From: a virus
IMG/VR virus record: IMGVR_UViG_3300045988_045788
Direction: 5' to 3' (one strand)
Length of the DNA stretch: 14,230 nucleotides
Positions 13,663-14,230 of this stretch are shown here, piece after piece. A program made the position numbers and the translations under genes. The notes beneath the pieces were generated by a model, which saw only the letters and a list, made by a program, of their open reading frames with translations, was not told the DNA's origin and searched no databases. How positions within the stretch are numbered: position 1 is the stretch's first letter; every line of letters starts with the position of its first letter.

Positions 13663-13839
13663 TTATTTAAGTTTATTAATTTCTAACATTGCTTTTGATA
13701 ATAATTCATTTGCATCTAATAAGCATTTAAAAGCCTTATGTGCGGAGTCATCAGTTACTAATTCCCTTACCAGATTCATGATAATATCCTTACTCTCAAT
13801 GATAGTTTTATTGATTTCTCTCTTTTCGTTATAAGTCAT
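13663..13839 (-). CDS. Hypothetical first early protein (58 aa), absent from the supplied ORF track because of its size
   Basis: My own translation of the minus strand gives MTYNEKREINKTIIESKDIIMNLVRELVTDDSAHKAFKCLLDANELLSKAMLEINKLK*. AGAGAGG lies 7 nt upstream of the ATG (13839-13837), and the stop TAA is at 13665-13663. The ORF fills the otherwise empty gap between the early promoter and the next gene. Confidence 0.5.
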   Translation of the reverse strand: MTYNEKREINKTIIESKDIIMNLVRELVTDDSAHKAFKCLLDANELLSKAMLEINKLK

Positions 13840-13888
13840 AATTAAACCTCTCTTTCTAAAATTAAATACATCTTCTTTAACTGTCTTT

Positions 13889-13897
13889 ATTATAACA
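13889..13897 (-). promoter_or_regulatory. Extended -10 promoter (TGtTATAAT) for the early operon, just inside ITR-R
   Basis: The minus strand reads TGTTATAAT at 13897-13889. The -35 region (TGGCTT at 17-nt spacing) is poor, which is tolerated by extended -10 promoters. It lies about 50 nt upstream of the first early ATG and about 52 nt inside the end of the imperfect ITR. Confidence 0.45.
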
Positions 13898-13948
13898 TAC
13901 CTGAATCATAAAAGCCAGTCTGACTATTTTTATATTTATCAGAATACT

Positions 13949-14230
13949 TTGTCGCTTCACTTCGCTAAAGTAAATTGTTTCTAAATTGTTTACACAGTGT
14001 CACTTTAGCACTTTAAAGCAAGTACTGAGAGCGGTCTGATAATTTATGGTATGTTCGATTAGTTTTCAGATTATTTATTAAATTGTATGTAAACTTGAAA
14101 CAATAAGCAGTTGGAAAGTTAAATTGATGAACTTTAACTGATTTTATTGTGTTAAAATTAATATAATTGTCAGATAATAAGGTTTGAAAGTGGGGAATTG
14201 TTCGAGGTTTAGACACAACTCTATTTAGAG
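13949..14230. repeat. Right inverted terminal repeat (ITR-R): 14022-14230 identical to the reverse complement of 1-209; 13949-14021 about 90% identical to 210-282
   Basis: This comes from the same base-by-base comparison as ITR-L. Confidence 0.95.

Noticed and set aside
612-13834. Plus-strand ORFs of 61-133 aa (612..815, 2673..3074, 2734..2979, 3212..3484, 6676..6948, 8335..8601, 8647..8892, 10533..10745, 11006..11227, 12877..13062, 13610..13834)
   Set aside because: All lie antisense to well-supported minus-strand genes. They lack SD sites and encode hydrophobic, low-complexity peptides rich in F, L, S and I, as expected from the antisense of AT-rich coding sequence. No plus-strand promoter or operon logic supports them.
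1-14230. Alternative identity as a polinton-like element, casposon or linear plasmid (ITRs plus pPolB plus ATPase)
   Set aside because: The window encodes a phi29-type connector, lower collar, tail knob, beta-helix appendage and holin-endolysin cassette. It has no integrase, Cas1 or double jelly-roll capsid signature, which supports a tailed podovirus rather than those elements.

Overview
The window appears to be a complete, AT-rich, 14,230-bp linear dsDNA genome of a small phi29-like, protein-primed podovirus. Both ends carry an inverted terminal repeat: 209 bp are identical, and the match extends imperfectly to about 282 bp. All 18 supportable protein genes lie on the minus strand, so transcription runs from 14230 towards 1. 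In that order they are: three small early ORFs (one is below the ORF-track cutoff), a terminal-protein candidate, a protein-primed family-B DNA polymerase, an SSB-like protein, a 64-aa ORF, a gp16-like packaging ATPase, a GC-rich structured RNA element, a holin, an endolysin, a 75-aa ORF, a scaffold-like protein with a (QVQP)8 repeat, the major capsid protein, a gp9-like tail knob, a tail lysozyme, a gp10-like connector, a gp11-like lower collar, and a beta-helix tail appendage. Nearly every gene has a strong AGGAGG-type Shine-Dalgarno (SD) site, and several longest-ORF starts in the track are artefactual 5' extensions. Sigma-A-type promoters and hairpin terminators divide the single coding strand into transcription units. 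The most interesting feature is a 76-nt, roughly 63% GC, multi-helix element at 8603-8678. It has its own near-consensus promoter and lies between the packaging ATPase and the lysis genes, so it is a candidate pRNA-like or otherwise novel structured RNA. All functional calls rest on motifs and remembered family signatures read by eye. No database search was run.
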